DNA of 64,000 nt, taken from the IMG/VR virus record IMGVR_UViG_3300027898_000007. One strand, given 5' to 3'. This document shows, in pieces, positions 49,097 to 58,433 of this stretch. The translations under genes and the position numbers were made by a program. This DNA comes from a virus. Each line of letters starts with the position of its first letter. The stretch's first letter is position 1. The notes beneath the pieces are model-generated. The model made no database searches, was not told the DNA's origin, and saw only the letters and a list, made by a program, of their open reading frames with translations.

Positions 49097-49948
49097 ATGA
49101 AAAATCCAAACATTAAATTAAATCGCAAAAAATTTATTGAATTATCGGATGGTACTAAATTGTACCAAATCGAATGTACCACATCTTTTTTATTTATTAA
49201 TAAAGGTGAAATAGGGGGATATATTCAATCCGAAGATAATTTGCAGGACAACGCATGGGTCTCTGAAAACGCATGGGTATATGGAAACGCAAGGGTATCA
49301 GGAGACGCACAGGTATCAGGAGACGCATGGGTATATGGAAACGCACGGGTATCAGAAGACGCACAGGTATATGGAAACGCAAGGGTATCAGGAGACGCAT
49401 GGGTATATGGAAACGCAAGGGTATCAGGAGACGCACAGGTATCAGGAGACGCATGGGTATCTGGAAACGCACGGGTATCAGAAGACGCACAGGTATATGG
49501 AGACGCACAGGTATCAGGAGACGCATGGGTATCTGGAAACGCAAGGGTATCTGGAAACGCACGGGTATCAGAAGACGCAAGGGTATTAGGAGACGCACAG
49601 GTATCAGGAGACGCATGGGTATATGGAAACGCAAAGGTATATGGAAACGCACAGGTATATGAAAACGCATGGGTATCAGGAAACGCACAGGTATATGGAG
49701 GATCATGGTTAAAATCCCCACTTCAAATAATAGGAACCCGTCATTTTTTTAATATTTGTAAAGAAGGTTATATTAAAATAGGATGTTACGAAAAAACTTT
49801 TGAGTTTTGGAAAGAAAATTTTAAAAGTGTGGGTGAAAAAGAGGGATATTCCGAATCCGAAATAATAGAATACGGAATGTATATCGATTTAGCTATTAAA
49901 TTATACGAATTAAATTCAAAAAAGGACGAAAATGAAAAATCCAAATAA
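49097..49948 (+). CDS. Hexapeptide-repeat (left-handed beta-helix-like) phage protein
   Basis: LYQIEC...GEIGGYIQSEDNL then [GED][ND]AxV[SY] repeats; C-terminal IKIGCYEKT. Confidence 0.8.
   Translation: MKNPNIKLNRKKFIELSDGTKLYQIECTTSFLFINKGEIGGYIQSEDNLQDNAWVSENAWVYGNARVSGDAQVSGDAWVYGNARVSEDAQVYGNARVSGDAWVYGNARVSGDAQVSGDAWVSGNARVSEDAQVYGDAQVSGDAWVSGNARVSGNARVSEDARVLGDAQVSGDAWVYGNAKVYGNAQVYENAWVSGNAQVYGGSWLKSPLQIIGTRHFFNICKEGYIKIGCYEKTFEFWKENFKSVGEKEGYSESEIIEYGMYIDLAIKLYELNSKKDENEKSK
49247..49696 (+). repeat. 25 tandem 18-bp coding repeats
   Basis: Unit G(G/A)A-(A/G)AC-GCA-NGG/CAG-GTA-T(C/A)N counted by hand; 450 bp. Confidence 0.9.
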
Positions 49949-50159
49949 TAAAATCGAAGAAAATCCTCCTATTAATATCATTATTACAGTAGAAGGTGGA
50001 AATGTTTTATCTGTGGATACTAACGAACTATCCCGTAATTTTAATGTGGTTGTATTAGATTGGGATAATTTTGCTAATGGAGACAAATGGAGTGAAACTC
50101 AATTAGACTGTATAAATCAATTAAACGATCCAAATAACCAATTAACCCAAATTTATTAA
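49932..50159 (+). CDS. Hypothetical protein
   Basis: IIITVEGGNVLSV...VVVLDWDN. Confidence 0.55.
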   Translation: MKNPNNKIEENPPINIIITVEGGNVLSVDTNELSRNFNVVVLDWDNFANGDKWSETQLDCINQLNDPNNQLTQIY

Positions 50160-50164
50160 TCCTC

Positions 50165-50407
50165 ATGAGTAATCATCGAATATCCAGTTTAGAATTTAAT
50201 TTAGAAGTTTGCGCTCACGAATCTATTACACCCGAAGAACACCGAGCCATTTTACGCACTATTCAATACCATTCTATGAGATGTATAAATAACTTAGATA
50301 CCGAAGGCTTCCAGTTCTACGAGGAATTAGAAACGCTATTTAGTAATTATTTATACCAATCCGCATACGAATTATATTCAAATTATATCAATACTCAACA
50401 TTACTAA
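50165..50407 (+). CDS. Hypothetical protein
   Basis: ORF in early operon. Confidence 0.5.
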   Translation: MSNHRISSLEFNLEVCAHESITPEEHRAILRTIQYHSMRCINNLDTEGFQFYEELETLFSNYLYQSAYELYSNYINTQHY

Positions 50408-50420
50408 AAACTAAAAAATT

Positions 50421-50474
50421 ATGCCAAATTGGTGCAGAAATTACGTTCATTTTCCTGATAATGAAAAAACGTAA
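50421..50474 (+). pseudogene. Remnant of an MPNWCxN-family gene
   Basis: MPNWCRNYVHFPDNEKT then stop after 17 codons, preceded by an A-rich initiation region. Confidence 0.45.
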
Positions 50475-50548
50475 AATGATTAATTGGTGGGAAAATATTA
50501 TTGATTTACTACCTAGAACCACTATTAAAAAACAATGGAAAAAAGAAA

Positions 50549-50767
50549 ATGAAAAATAAAAAATATACCTTCGAGTTTGAAATAACTCGATTAGCTACAG
50601 TAGAAGAAAAGGCTAGTTTTACAATCGAAGCCCATTCTGAATGTGAAGCTGAGGAACTTTTACAGGATGCTATTAACTTAGGTTTGGTAGATTTTAAATT
50701 AAATCCCAATAGCTTAGTAATACCTTCTGAACAATTTTATATTGAATCCCGTAACGTTATACTTTAA
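50549..50767 (+). CDS. Hypothetical protein (start revised to ATG 50549)
   Basis: KKYTFEFEI...FTIEAHSECEAEE. Confidence 0.5.
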   Translation: MKNKKYTFEFEITRLATVEEKASFTIEAHSECEAEELLQDAINLGLVDFKLNPNSLVIPSEQFYIESRNVIL

Positions 50768-50778
50768 AACTCAAAAAA

Positions 50779-51021
50779 ATGTTTGACACAAAATATTCAA
50801 GCGAAATCTTATATCCGGCTAAAACAGTTGAAGGTAACATACAACAATACCGAGTTTTATTTAAAGGAGGACAAACCGAAACATTTAGTAATGTAGATTT
50901 GGAAATTAGAGAAGGAATCGCTTTCTTTAAAACAGATACAGTTCATGTGTTATATCCTTTACACGTAATTAATACTATTACTATTTCAGCTTTAAAATCT
51001 AAACAATCATCATCATCATGA
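50779..51021 (+). CDS. Hypothetical protein
   Basis: ORF in early operon. Confidence 0.5.
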   Translation: MFDTKYSSEILYPAKTVEGNIQQYRVLFKGGQTETFSNVDLEIREGIAFFKTDTVHVLYPLHVINTITISALKSKQSSSS

Positions 51022-51064
51022 GTACGACACAAGAATTTGACGAAGATGGTAATTTGTATATTGT

Positions 51065-51538
51065 ATGGAGATAAATGATTTGGTCGTTAAAAAAAATATA
51101 GAAAATCCGAAGGAAGTAATTACCATATATGCAGACGGGGCTTTTCGATTATTATCCAATACGGGAGGAATAGGAATTGTTATGAAATGTGGGAATTATG
51201 AAAAGAAGATCATGAAGAAAATTCAAGCAAGTCAAATTTTAGAAGTTGAGTTATCGGCTATCTTAGTAGCTTTACAAAATATCAAAACAAAAAATTTACC
51301 TATTGAGATTTATTCAGATTCGGAACCCGCTTTACTCCTATTAACTCGTAAACAGACTACTAAAAAAGAACCGTATGTAAAAATTATCGGAGAAATTCGA
51401 AAACTAAGTCGAGATTTACAAATCCACTACTCATGGATTCGAGGTCATAATGGTAATATCGGCAATGAGTTAGCTGATTTTCTATCAAAACTAGCTTTGG
51501 ACAAAGGAGATTTTATGGAAAACGTAATTAACAATTAA
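51065..51538 (+). CDS. rnhA: Ribonuclease HI
   Basis: IYADGA, ELSAI, IYSDS, WIRGHNGNIGNELADFL: all four catalytic acids plus His. Confidence 0.9.
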   Translation: MEINDLVVKKNIENPKEVITIYADGAFRLLSNTGGIGIVMKCGNYEKKIMKKIQASQILEVELSAILVALQNIKTKNLPIEIYSDSEPALLLLTRKQTTKKEPYVKIIGEIRKLSRDLQIHYSWIRGHNGNIGNELADFLSKLALDKGDFMENVINN

Positions 51539-51556
51539 AATTGAATGAATGAATAA

Positions 51557-51874
51557 ATGAACAAACAAGAAAAAGAAACCCAGGATCAAATTATTATAAG
51601 TTTTCTTCTAGGAAAAGAACTTAGGATTGGGAAATACTATACAGACGGAGAGAAGATATACTATCGGGATAAGAATAAACTAGAATTGTCGTTATGTGTG
51701 AGTCGAAGTTCAGAAGGTATTATCCTTCAAACCTCATCTTTCTCAGACAATATCAAACGATTATTTAACTTATTGCCATTCGTAAAAGTAACTCAAAAGA
51801 ACTTTAAGTGGTATTTGAATGGAGAGGAATGGGACGGTAAGCCCCGCCATACTCCGGGCGTGATTTTCAATTAA
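51557..51874 (+). CDS. Hypothetical protein
   Basis: VTQKNFKWYLNGEEWDG C-terminal motif. Confidence 0.55.
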   Translation: MNKQEKETQDQIIISFLLGKELRIGKYYTDGEKIYYRDKNKLELSLCVSRSSEGIILQTSSFSDNIKRLFNLLPFVKVTQKNFKWYLNGEEWDGKPRHTPGVIFN

Positions 51875-51926
51875 TTTTAAAATAAATTTGTAATTTATCA
51901 AATAATACTTTTATATTTACCTCGTT

Positions 51927-52154
51927 ATGAAAAAAATAATAAAATCTATTATCAACTCATTCCGGGACTTTTTTAACCCGGATTATCCCGAAGCCATCAG
52001 CTATTATGAGTGGGTTGCTCAAAAAGAAGAATCTCGAAGCAACCGGGTATTATCAGTAAGGTTATCAAAATATCAACCAGATGATTTCAATACTGTATTC
52101 GAATCACTCAAATATGAACTTCATCAATTTTTTAAAAATTCATTAGATAAATAA
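51927..52154 (+). CDS. Hypothetical protein
   Basis: Preceded by TTTG-N21-TATATTTA promoter-like site at 51887-51919. Confidence 0.5.
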   Translation: MKKIIKSIINSFRDFFNPDYPEAISYYEWVAQKEESRSNRVLSVRLSKYQPDDFNTVFESLKYELHQFFKNSLDK

Positions 52155-52340
52155 ATGGAAATTGTAGAATTAATCCTCGTCATTTCTCTGATTCGAATTG
52201 TTTTCGGATATACGTGTAAGGCTCGGTATTGGTTTTTTCATGACTGGGAGCATAAAGAACTAAGATGTAAAAACTATGGAGGGTGGGGAGCTGATATTAA
52301 AAAAACGTGTAAGAATTGTGGTAAAATTAAGTACTATTAA
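52155..52340 (+). CDS. Small Cys/His-containing protein
   Basis: FHDWE...C...KKTCKNCGK. Confidence 0.5.
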   Translation: MEIVELILVISLIRIVFGYTCKARYWFFHDWEHKELRCKNYGGWGADIKKTCKNCGKIKYY

Positions 52341-52436
52341 AAACCTAAAAAAGTGTTAAAGGAAGTTATTGAGTATTTAAATACCCATACCAAAGAAGAA
52401 GTTGAAGAAATAATTAACCAAATAAATAAAAATCTA

Positions 52437-52808
52437 ATGAAATCAAACATAAAATTTGAAATCGAAGTCGAAGAAAACGACACCGTTGAAATTAGAGTCA
52501 ATGGTGAAGTTAAAAGAACTATTACTCCGGAGTACAAATCAGTAAATGACTTTTGGGATTATAGTGATACAAGTGATACCATTTATTATTTTTCACCTAG
52601 AGAAGAAGATTGTATAGATATTTCATGTAATAAACATTCCGGTATTAGAAAAAACCTCATAAAATCTGGTTTAGGTTTTAAAACAAAACAAAAAATACAG
52701 AGATGGTTAAATCGTCAAGCCTTGCAAATTTTGGTTCTTTTGTTTGTGGAGACGATGCTATTAAGCATTTTGATTATATATTATCAATATTATTTGAATA
52801 GGATATGA
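52437..52808 (+). pseudogene. Hypothetical protein, possibly frameshifted near 52690-52710
   Basis: After GLGFKTK the annotated frame looks unnatural; another frame gives SSLANFGSFVCGDDAIKHFDYILSILFE. Confidence 0.35.
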
Positions 52809-52966
52809 TCGAAAAGTGGTTAGAAGATTTGCGCAATACTCCAAAAGAAAAACTAATTCGAGATTTTAAAAGGTTAAGTAAAAAGTTTCCCAATGGAATG
52901 AATGCTATCGAGTACGCTAAAAAATATTTAGGTTATAAAGAAGAAAATAAAAAATTATCATCATGA
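52805..52966 (+). CDS. 53-aa hypothetical protein, not in ORF track
   Basis: MIEKWLEDLRNTPKEKLIRDF...; ATGA overlaps at both ends. Confidence 0.5.
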   Translation: MIEKWLEDLRNTPKEKLIRDFKRLSKKFPNGMNAIEYAKKYLGYKEENKKLSS

Positions 52967-53337
52967 ACGAAGGACTAGAAAAACATTTTAATTTGTTTAT
53001 TGAAAAAGTAAACGAATTTGTATCGGGAGACATCACCGAAAAGGAATTTAAAGGATGAGTGAGCATTCATGGAATTCCAGATCGAGAGGAATTGATAAGT
53101 AATTGGGATAATTTCAAACAGTATCATGACGAGATTGATTCTTTAGAAGAAGAAAACGTACTTTTAAAAGATGAAATTGCTGATTTAGAAGGAGATGTTA
53201 GGGATTACCAAGATGAGATTCGAGATTTGCAAAAGGAATATGATGATTTAAGTATTCAATTAAGTGATGCTGAAAATGATGTTGCGTGTTTAGAAACCAG
53301 AATTCAAGAATTAGAAGATTATATTTCCGACCTTTAA
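52963..53337 (+). pseudogene. Coiled-coil protein interrupted by in-frame TGA at 53056-53058
   Basis: ATG 52963 is in frame with the 53059 GTG ORF and separated from it only by one TGA. Confidence 0.55.
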
Positions 53338-53345
53338 TTATTTTC

Positions 53346-55247
53346 ATGAATATCACTAAACAAGTCTGGGTATACGATATTGAGGTGTTTCCTAACCTAT
53401 TTACCTGTACCTTCCATTGTACTGAATCCCAAGATAAAAAACGAGAATTCATATTTTTTGGAAACGGAGATTATTCATTTACCAAGTCTAATTTTTTTAT
53501 ATTCTTAGAAGAAGAAGTATCGGGATTAGTGGGGTTTAATAATTTAGCGTATGACTACCCAGTCCTTCATAACTTATTATTAAAAAAGAAAAAGATACTG
53601 AGCGGAATTCGAATGGAAGTATTGACCCGGTGGATATATTTTGTATCCAGGTCGATTATTCGAGCCGAATTTTCTCAAATACCCGAAAAAGAAGTACTGA
53701 TCCCTCAGCTAGATTTATTTACGCTTCATCACTTAGACAATAAAGCAAAACGTTCTAGTTTAAAATCCATTCAAGTGAGTATGGGATGGCCTAATGTGAT
53801 GGATTGTGAGTTACCGTTTGACAAGCCCGTTTTACGTTCGGATATACTCTCGATTATGGAGTATAACGTAAATGATGTTGAGTCTACTGAGGAATTTTAT
53901 AGACGATCATCTGGAAAAATAGAATTACGAAAAGAATTTAGTAAAATGTATAACATCAAATGTCTTAACTGGAATGATAGTAAAATTGGTTCAGAACTAC
54001 TACTTAAACTGTACTCGGCTAAAACGAAGAGTAATCCTCAGACTATTAGAAAACGTAGAACATATCGAAAATCTATTGAGGTCGGTTCTATAATATTTTC
54101 ATATATTGAGTTTAAAACCAATGCTTTTCAAAATTTATTATCATATTTTCGTTCTCAAGTCATCACTAAAACCAAAGGTTCTATTGATTATAGCATACGA
54201 ATTCCTAACCTTACTATTGATTACGGAGTAGGGGGAATTCATGGATGTGTGAATGATCCAGGGGTATATTATTCGGATAAGAAATACATCATCAAAAGTG
54301 CGGATGTGGATAGTATGTATCCATCGATTGCCATCAAAAATGAGTTATTTCCAGCCCATCTGGGACATGAATTTGTATCGGTATATCGAGACATCATGAC
54401 CCAACGTTTAAAAGCTAAGAAAGAAGGAAATAAGATTAAAAACGAAGGATTAAAACTAGCCATCAATAGTGTGTATGGGTTAAGTAACTCCGAGTTCAGC
54501 TACCTTTACGATCCCCAGTTTACCATGGGTATTACCATCAACGGACAACTTCTAATTTCCATGATGGTGGAAAAGTTTTTAGAAGAAAAATGGGAAATTT
54601 TGATGATTAATACGGATGGAATTGAAGTAAAAATTCCTAGGTCAGATGAGATGAAATATCAAAAAATTTGTCGAGATTGGGAGAAAATTACTAAACTGGG
54701 GTTATCCCATAAAGAATACAATAAACTAGTGATTCGAGACATAAATTCTTATTTATCGATAGATACGGATGGAGATATTAAAGTAAAAGGAGCTTTTGAA
54801 ATTGATAAAGAACTGTATAAAGATAATTCTTCTCGGATTGTACCGTTAGCTCTCCAGGAATATTATGTAAAAGGAACGGACCCGGTTAAATTTATTGAGT
54901 CCCATACTAATATCTTAGATTTCTGTAATCGTTTTAAAGCCAATCGAGGATGGTATTCCGAAATTCGTACCGAAGAAGATTTTAAGTTAAAAAAACAACG
55001 ATGTCAAAAAACCAATCGATATTTTATATCTAATCGAGGAGGGTTATACGTTAAAATAAACGAAGAAGATGGTAGAGAATATACTATTGAAGCCAAACAA
55101 AATGTTACTTTGTTAAATATATATAATCCCGAAACCCCTATTACCGAATACGATATTGATTATGATTATTATATTCGAGAAGTTCAGAAGATAGTAAACG
55201 TGATCAATTACAATTATTTTAAAATAAAATTTGCTTATCATAACTAA
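53346..55247 (+). CDS. polB: Family B DNA polymerase, crAss type (start revised to ATG 53346)
   Basis: ExoI VYDIE, ExoII GFNNLAYD, ExoIII YNVNDV, motif A ADVDSMYPS, motif B KLAINSVYG, motif C INTDG. Confidence 0.92.
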   Translation: MNITKQVWVYDIEVFPNLFTCTFHCTESQDKKREFIFFGNGDYSFTKSNFFIFLEEEVSGLVGFNNLAYDYPVLHNLLLKKKKILSGIRMEVLTRWIYFVSRSIIRAEFSQIPEKEVLIPQLDLFTLHHLDNKAKRSSLKSIQVSMGWPNVMDCELPFDKPVLRSDILSIMEYNVNDVESTEEFYRRSSGKIELRKEFSKMYNIKCLNWNDSKIGSELLLKLYSAKTKSNPQTIRKRRTYRKSIEVGSIIFSYIEFKTNAFQNLLSYFRSQVITKTKGSIDYSIRIPNLTIDYGVGGIHGCVNDPGVYYSDKKYIIKSADVDSMYPSIAIKNELFPAHLGHEFVSVYRDIMTQRLKAKKEGNKIKNEGLKLAINSVYGLSNSEFSYLYDPQFTMGITINGQLLISMMVEKFLEEKWEILMINTDGIEVKIPRSDEMKYQKICRDWEKITKLGLSHKEYNKLVIRDINSYLSIDTDGDIKVKGAFEIDKELYKDNSSRIVPLALQEYYVKGTDPVKFIESHTNILDFCNRFKANRGWYSEIRTEEDFKLKKQRCQKTNRYFISNRGGLYVKINEEDGREYTIEAKQNVTLLNIYNPETPITEYDIDYDYYIREVQKIVNVINYNYFKIKFAYHN

Positions 55248-55257
55248 ACAATAAAAA

Positions 55258-55758
55258 ATGGAAATTAATTTAAAAGAAGGCGAAACCATTACGATTAATG
55301 GAATTGTTCACGAATACAAAAACGGTCTTATTTTGTGCTATAAAAGTCAAGAACCCGAAAAACCTAAGAAATGGGTACCGAAAAAAGGTGAAGTTTGTTG
55401 GTTTATAAATTCAACCAATGATTGTCATAATACTTATTGGACTGATCATGAACTTAATCTTGCGAGATTACTAATCGGAAATGTCTACCAAACTGAAGAA
55501 CTAGCCCAAATACAAGCCGATAAAAACGCTTTAATCGCTGAAATATTTAACTATTGCGATGAAAAGGGGTTTGAATTGGCGGGGGCGGAGTATGAGGGAA
55601 GGATTTATTGCTGGTATCATGATAGATATAAAAAGCATTGGGAAAAAGGACAACCATTAGGTTATTTTAACTATTTCTTCCCTAATTTCATTAACGAATC
55701 CGACCGAAACGAAGTTTTTGAGAAATTCAAGGATCAGTTAGACATTTTTAACAAATAA
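55258..55758 (+). CDS. Hypothetical protein, paralog of 45124..45753
   Basis: PKKGEVCWFINS...W...IGNVYQTEELA. Confidence 0.55.
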   Translation: MEINLKEGETITINGIVHEYKNGLILCYKSQEPEKPKKWVPKKGEVCWFINSTNDCHNTYWTDHELNLARLLIGNVYQTEELAQIQADKNALIAEIFNYCDEKGFELAGAEYEGRIYCWYHDRYKKHWEKGQPLGYFNYFFPNFINESDRNEVFEKFKDQLDIFNK

Positions 55759-55761
55759 ATC

Positions 55762-55953
55762 ATGACTATTCAAAACAAATCTTTTCTCAGCAAAATTTCC
55801 CTCTTTCTTTATTTGGCAAGTTTATGGATAATAGATGGGTGTATTTATTTTTTCTATATGCCCAATCGTTGCTCTAACTGGGTTCCTGTTTGCCAATTAA
55901 TTAATTTATATCATGTCGCATGGGCTATTATTAATCATTATTTAAACAAATAA
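55762..55953 (+). CDS. Small membrane protein
   Basis: Hydrophobic ORF. Confidence 0.4.
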   Translation: MTIQNKSFLSKISLFLYLASLWIIDGCIYFFYMPNRCSNWVPVCQLINLYHVAWAIINHYLNK

Positions 55954-55959
55954 AATATC

Positions 55960-56574
55960 ATGAACAAACAACTTATCAATTTAATACTTGCATTAATTGC
56001 TATCGCAATAGGTATAAAAGCATTATACGACAATTTACAGACAACAAAGTCCAATAATCATGCTATCGATAGCTTGAAAACTGAAATAGAGGTTAGAAAC
56101 CAAGTCATTTATCTGATTAAAAAAGATTACAACCTTCAAATGGTAGGAAGGCATACCGATTCGGTTTATTCTGAATATCTTTTTAATATTGACGATACCC
56201 CTAAATTTAGCATTTGCCTTGAAAGTTCAAGTCAAATCAGGGAATTAAGGGAATTAGGGGATTTGACAAGGCAAAAACAATGGAGTTTTGATTGGAGGCG
56301 ATTTTATTATCCTGAGTTTGCTAAATACCATGATTGGAAGTTTGGATGGAATACAGGGAAGCCTAATCAGTTTATTTATGACCCAAGTTTAGGGGCAGGA
56401 AAAGCTAGAGAAATTGATTCGATTGACTATTTTAATAATTTAAAACAATCCGATTATGGCCCGTTTGGGTCGCAAGGGTTAAGCGATCGACGGTTTTATC
56501 CGAATAGCAAAACACCTTATTTTGATTCTATAGCCATTATTCATAATGATTTATTTAAACAACCACTAAAATGA
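55960..56574 (+). CDS. Membrane-anchored hypothetical protein
   Basis: N-terminal TM LINLILALIAIAIGI. Confidence 0.5.
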   Translation: MNKQLINLILALIAIAIGIKALYDNLQTTKSNNHAIDSLKTEIEVRNQVIYLIKKDYNLQMVGRHTDSVYSEYLFNIDDTPKFSICLESSSQIRELRELGDLTRQKQWSFDWRRFYYPEFAKYHDWKFGWNTGKPNQFIYDPSLGAGKAREIDSIDYFNNLKQSDYGPFGSQGLSDRRFYPNSKTPYFDSIAIIHNDLFKQPLK

Positions 56575-56801
56575 GCCAAGAACAATTATTTAAATGGGTT
56601 CCTATTACGGAGGATTTGGAATTCCAGCAAGGAAAACGCTACGATACAAGGACTATAAACGGAATAAGAGAGGTAGGAATTCCCGTCCAAGCGATCAGCT
56701 TAGAAGAGCATGAAAAGGCTGTTAAGGATGCCTATGAAAAAGGGCATGAACATGGTTATAATCAAGCAAATACTTATTTAAATATCAATCTGTATAAATA
56801 A
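56571..56801 (+). CDS. KWVPITE-family protein, copy A
   Basis: Paralog of 60509..60775. Confidence 0.55.
   Translation: MSQEQLFKWVPITEDLEFQQGKRYDTRTINGIREVGIPVQAISLEEHEKAVKDAYEKGHEHGYNQANTYLNINLYK
56682..56776 (+). repeat. 95-bp exact direct repeat, copy 1
   Basis: Identical to 60680..60774. Confidence 0.9.
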
Positions 56802-57016
56802 TGAGCGCACCGAAATTTGAGCCGAAAGTGGGTCAGGAAGTGTGGTTTGAAAACCCTTACGTTGGGCCTGTATTACATGGAAAAGTTACCAAAATTCAAC
56901 TTTCAGAATGTTTTATTTTGGTAGACAACTTTACTTTTAAACAATGGGTAAAACCTTTTCATAAAGTATTTCCCACAAAAGAAGCACTACTAAAAAGTTT
57001 AGAAAATGGAAATTGA
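56801..57016 (+). CDS. Small SH3/KOW-like paralog family member
   Basis: FEPKVGQEVWF...KVFPTKEALLKSL. Confidence 0.55.
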   Translation: MSAPKFEPKVGQEVWFENPYVGPVLHGKVTKIQLSECFILVDNFTFKQWVKPFHKVFPTKEALLKSLENGN

Positions 57017-57179
57017 ACTTGAAAATAAAACGTTTCCTTGCTTATCGGTAAAAGTTAAAACGCGTTCAGACCAAAGAATAACATTAGAAGATAAATTTGA
57101 AAGTTTGATATTGGAAAAATATCAAATCCAGCCTCTAATTGATTTTTTAACCGAAGTAATTAAAGAAAATGGAAATTGA
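57006..57179 (+). CDS. MEIE-family small protein, not in ORF track
   Basis: MEIELENK...IQPLIDFLTEVIKE. Confidence 0.5.
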   Translation: MEIELENKTFPCLSVKVKTRSDQRITLEDKFESLILEKYQIQPLIDFLTEVIKENGN

Positions 57180-57369
57180 AATAAAAATTATAAATGGATT
57201 TGGAGATACAGAATATCTTCCAATAAAAGCAATAGGTGGTGGAGGATTAAAGTTTGATTTTGCTCTTATAACTCCTTTAGAAGTCAAAAGGTTTTATGAT
57301 TTTTTAACCGAAGCACTCAACCAAAACAATAGTGCAACACCCAGCACTATTCAAAAGGAAAATAAATAA
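57169..57369 (+). CDS. MEIE-family small protein
   Basis: MEIEIKI...RFYDFLTEAL. Confidence 0.5.
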   Translation: MEIEIKIINGFGDTEYLPIKAIGGGGLKFDFALITPLEVKRFYDFLTEALNQNNSATPSTIQKENK

Positions 57370-57512
57370 AATAAAGCGTTTAACCCTAACAAGTGCAATT
57401 GAAAGCACTTTTTAAAGAAAGAAAAATGAAAATAAAATTTGAAACTTACTGGGCTATTATAACAATAGCAGGAAACACAGTTAACTATGTCGTTAAATCA
57501 AACTTGAAAAAA

Positions 57513-57829
57513 ATGATAACCTGGAAAAAATGATAACTTGAAAAAAATTTAGTGAGGAATTACCGCCCAATACTGATGAAGAATTTTTAGTTAAAAACCC
57601 CGAAAAAGATTATGGGGATGGAGAATTTGACGATGATATTTATTGGGATGTTTATAGAGGCAAAGAACTTCAAGACAGAAGCCAAAGTATTATGGATGGC
57701 GAATGGCTACCCATCCCTACCGAAAGAATGTTTACGGAGGAGGATGTTAAAAATACCATCATTGATTGGATTGGCGAGCCTATGCCGAATGAAGATCAAA
57801 TTCAACAATACATTAACTTAATTAAATAA
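57513..57829 (+). pseudogene. MITWKKFSxELPP-family gene, copy A, inactivated at its 5' end
   Basis: 17-bp tandem duplication of the start; second copy reads ATG ATA ACT TGA AAA AAA TTT; rest open to TAA 57829. Confidence 0.7.
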
Positions 57830-57832
57830 CCC

Positions 57833-58147
57833 ATGAACTTAAAAGAATTATCACCAAAATATAATTTTGGTCAAGAAATCTGGTATCTTGAGAAAAAATG
57901 GTTTAAAAAATCTTGTATAAAATCAGCTTATATTTATTCCATCACAGTTTGGCAAGAATACTATAATAATACTAATGTAATAATGGCTCGACCGAAAACT
58001 GAAATATTATGTCATGGATATACATTAACTGAAAGTTCTTCAAATCGCAAAGCATACGTATCTCAGTTTTTAGTTGATAGATTTTTTAGAGAAGATCAAT
58101 TATTTTCATCAAAATCGGAATTAATTAAACACATCGAAAAATTATAA
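57833..58147 (+). CDS. SH3/KOW-like paralog family member
   Basis: PKYNFGQEIWYL...QLFSSKSELIKHI. Confidence 0.55.
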   Translation: MNLKELSPKYNFGQEIWYLEKKWFKKSCIKSAYIYSITVWQEYYNNTNVIMARPKTEILCHGYTLTESSSNRKAYVSQFLVDRFFREDQLFSSKSELIKHIEKL

Positions 58148-58151
58148 AAAA

Positions 58152-58183
58152 TTTGCTTATCTCGTAAACTTTACTTACGTTTG
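58152..58183 (+). promoter_or_regulatory. Canonical Bacteroidetes promoter
   Basis: TTTG-N20-TACGTTTG, exact -33/-7 consensus. Confidence 0.8.
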
Positions 58184-58205
58184 ATATATAATAACAAAAA
58201 TCATT

Positions 58206-58415
58206 ATGAAAGTTAGTTTAGATAAGTTGATCCATACTCTCGTCAATTATTGGTCGAATACTCACGACATTATTGAGATTCATAAAACTCGAATCGAGGA
58301 TTGTGAAACAGTCCAGAATTGTAAATTACTATTTGAAGATATGGTGGAAGATGAACGAGCTAATTTATTGATGATTCAATATTGTATAGAAACGATGATG
58401 GATTGGAAACAATAA
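58206..58415 (+). CDS. Hypothetical protein
   Basis: ORF after promoter. Confidence 0.5.
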   Translation: MKVSLDKLIHTLVNYWSNTHDIIEIHKTRIEDCETVQNCKLLFEDMVEDERANLLMIQYCIETMMDWKQ

Positions 58416-58433
58416 CGGAATTAAAACATATTA

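Noticed and set aside
49247-49696. CRISPR array or mini-array
   Set aside because: Contiguous in-frame 18-bp coding repeats with no unique spacers; no cas genes
49197-49721. Alternative-frame ORFs 49197..49721 (-), 49273..49662 and 49281..49589
   Set aside because: By-products of the stop-free tandem repeat
57612-57821. ORF MGMENLTMIF...
   Set aside because: Off-frame shadow of the MITWKKF pseudogene, whose frame is supported by its paralog
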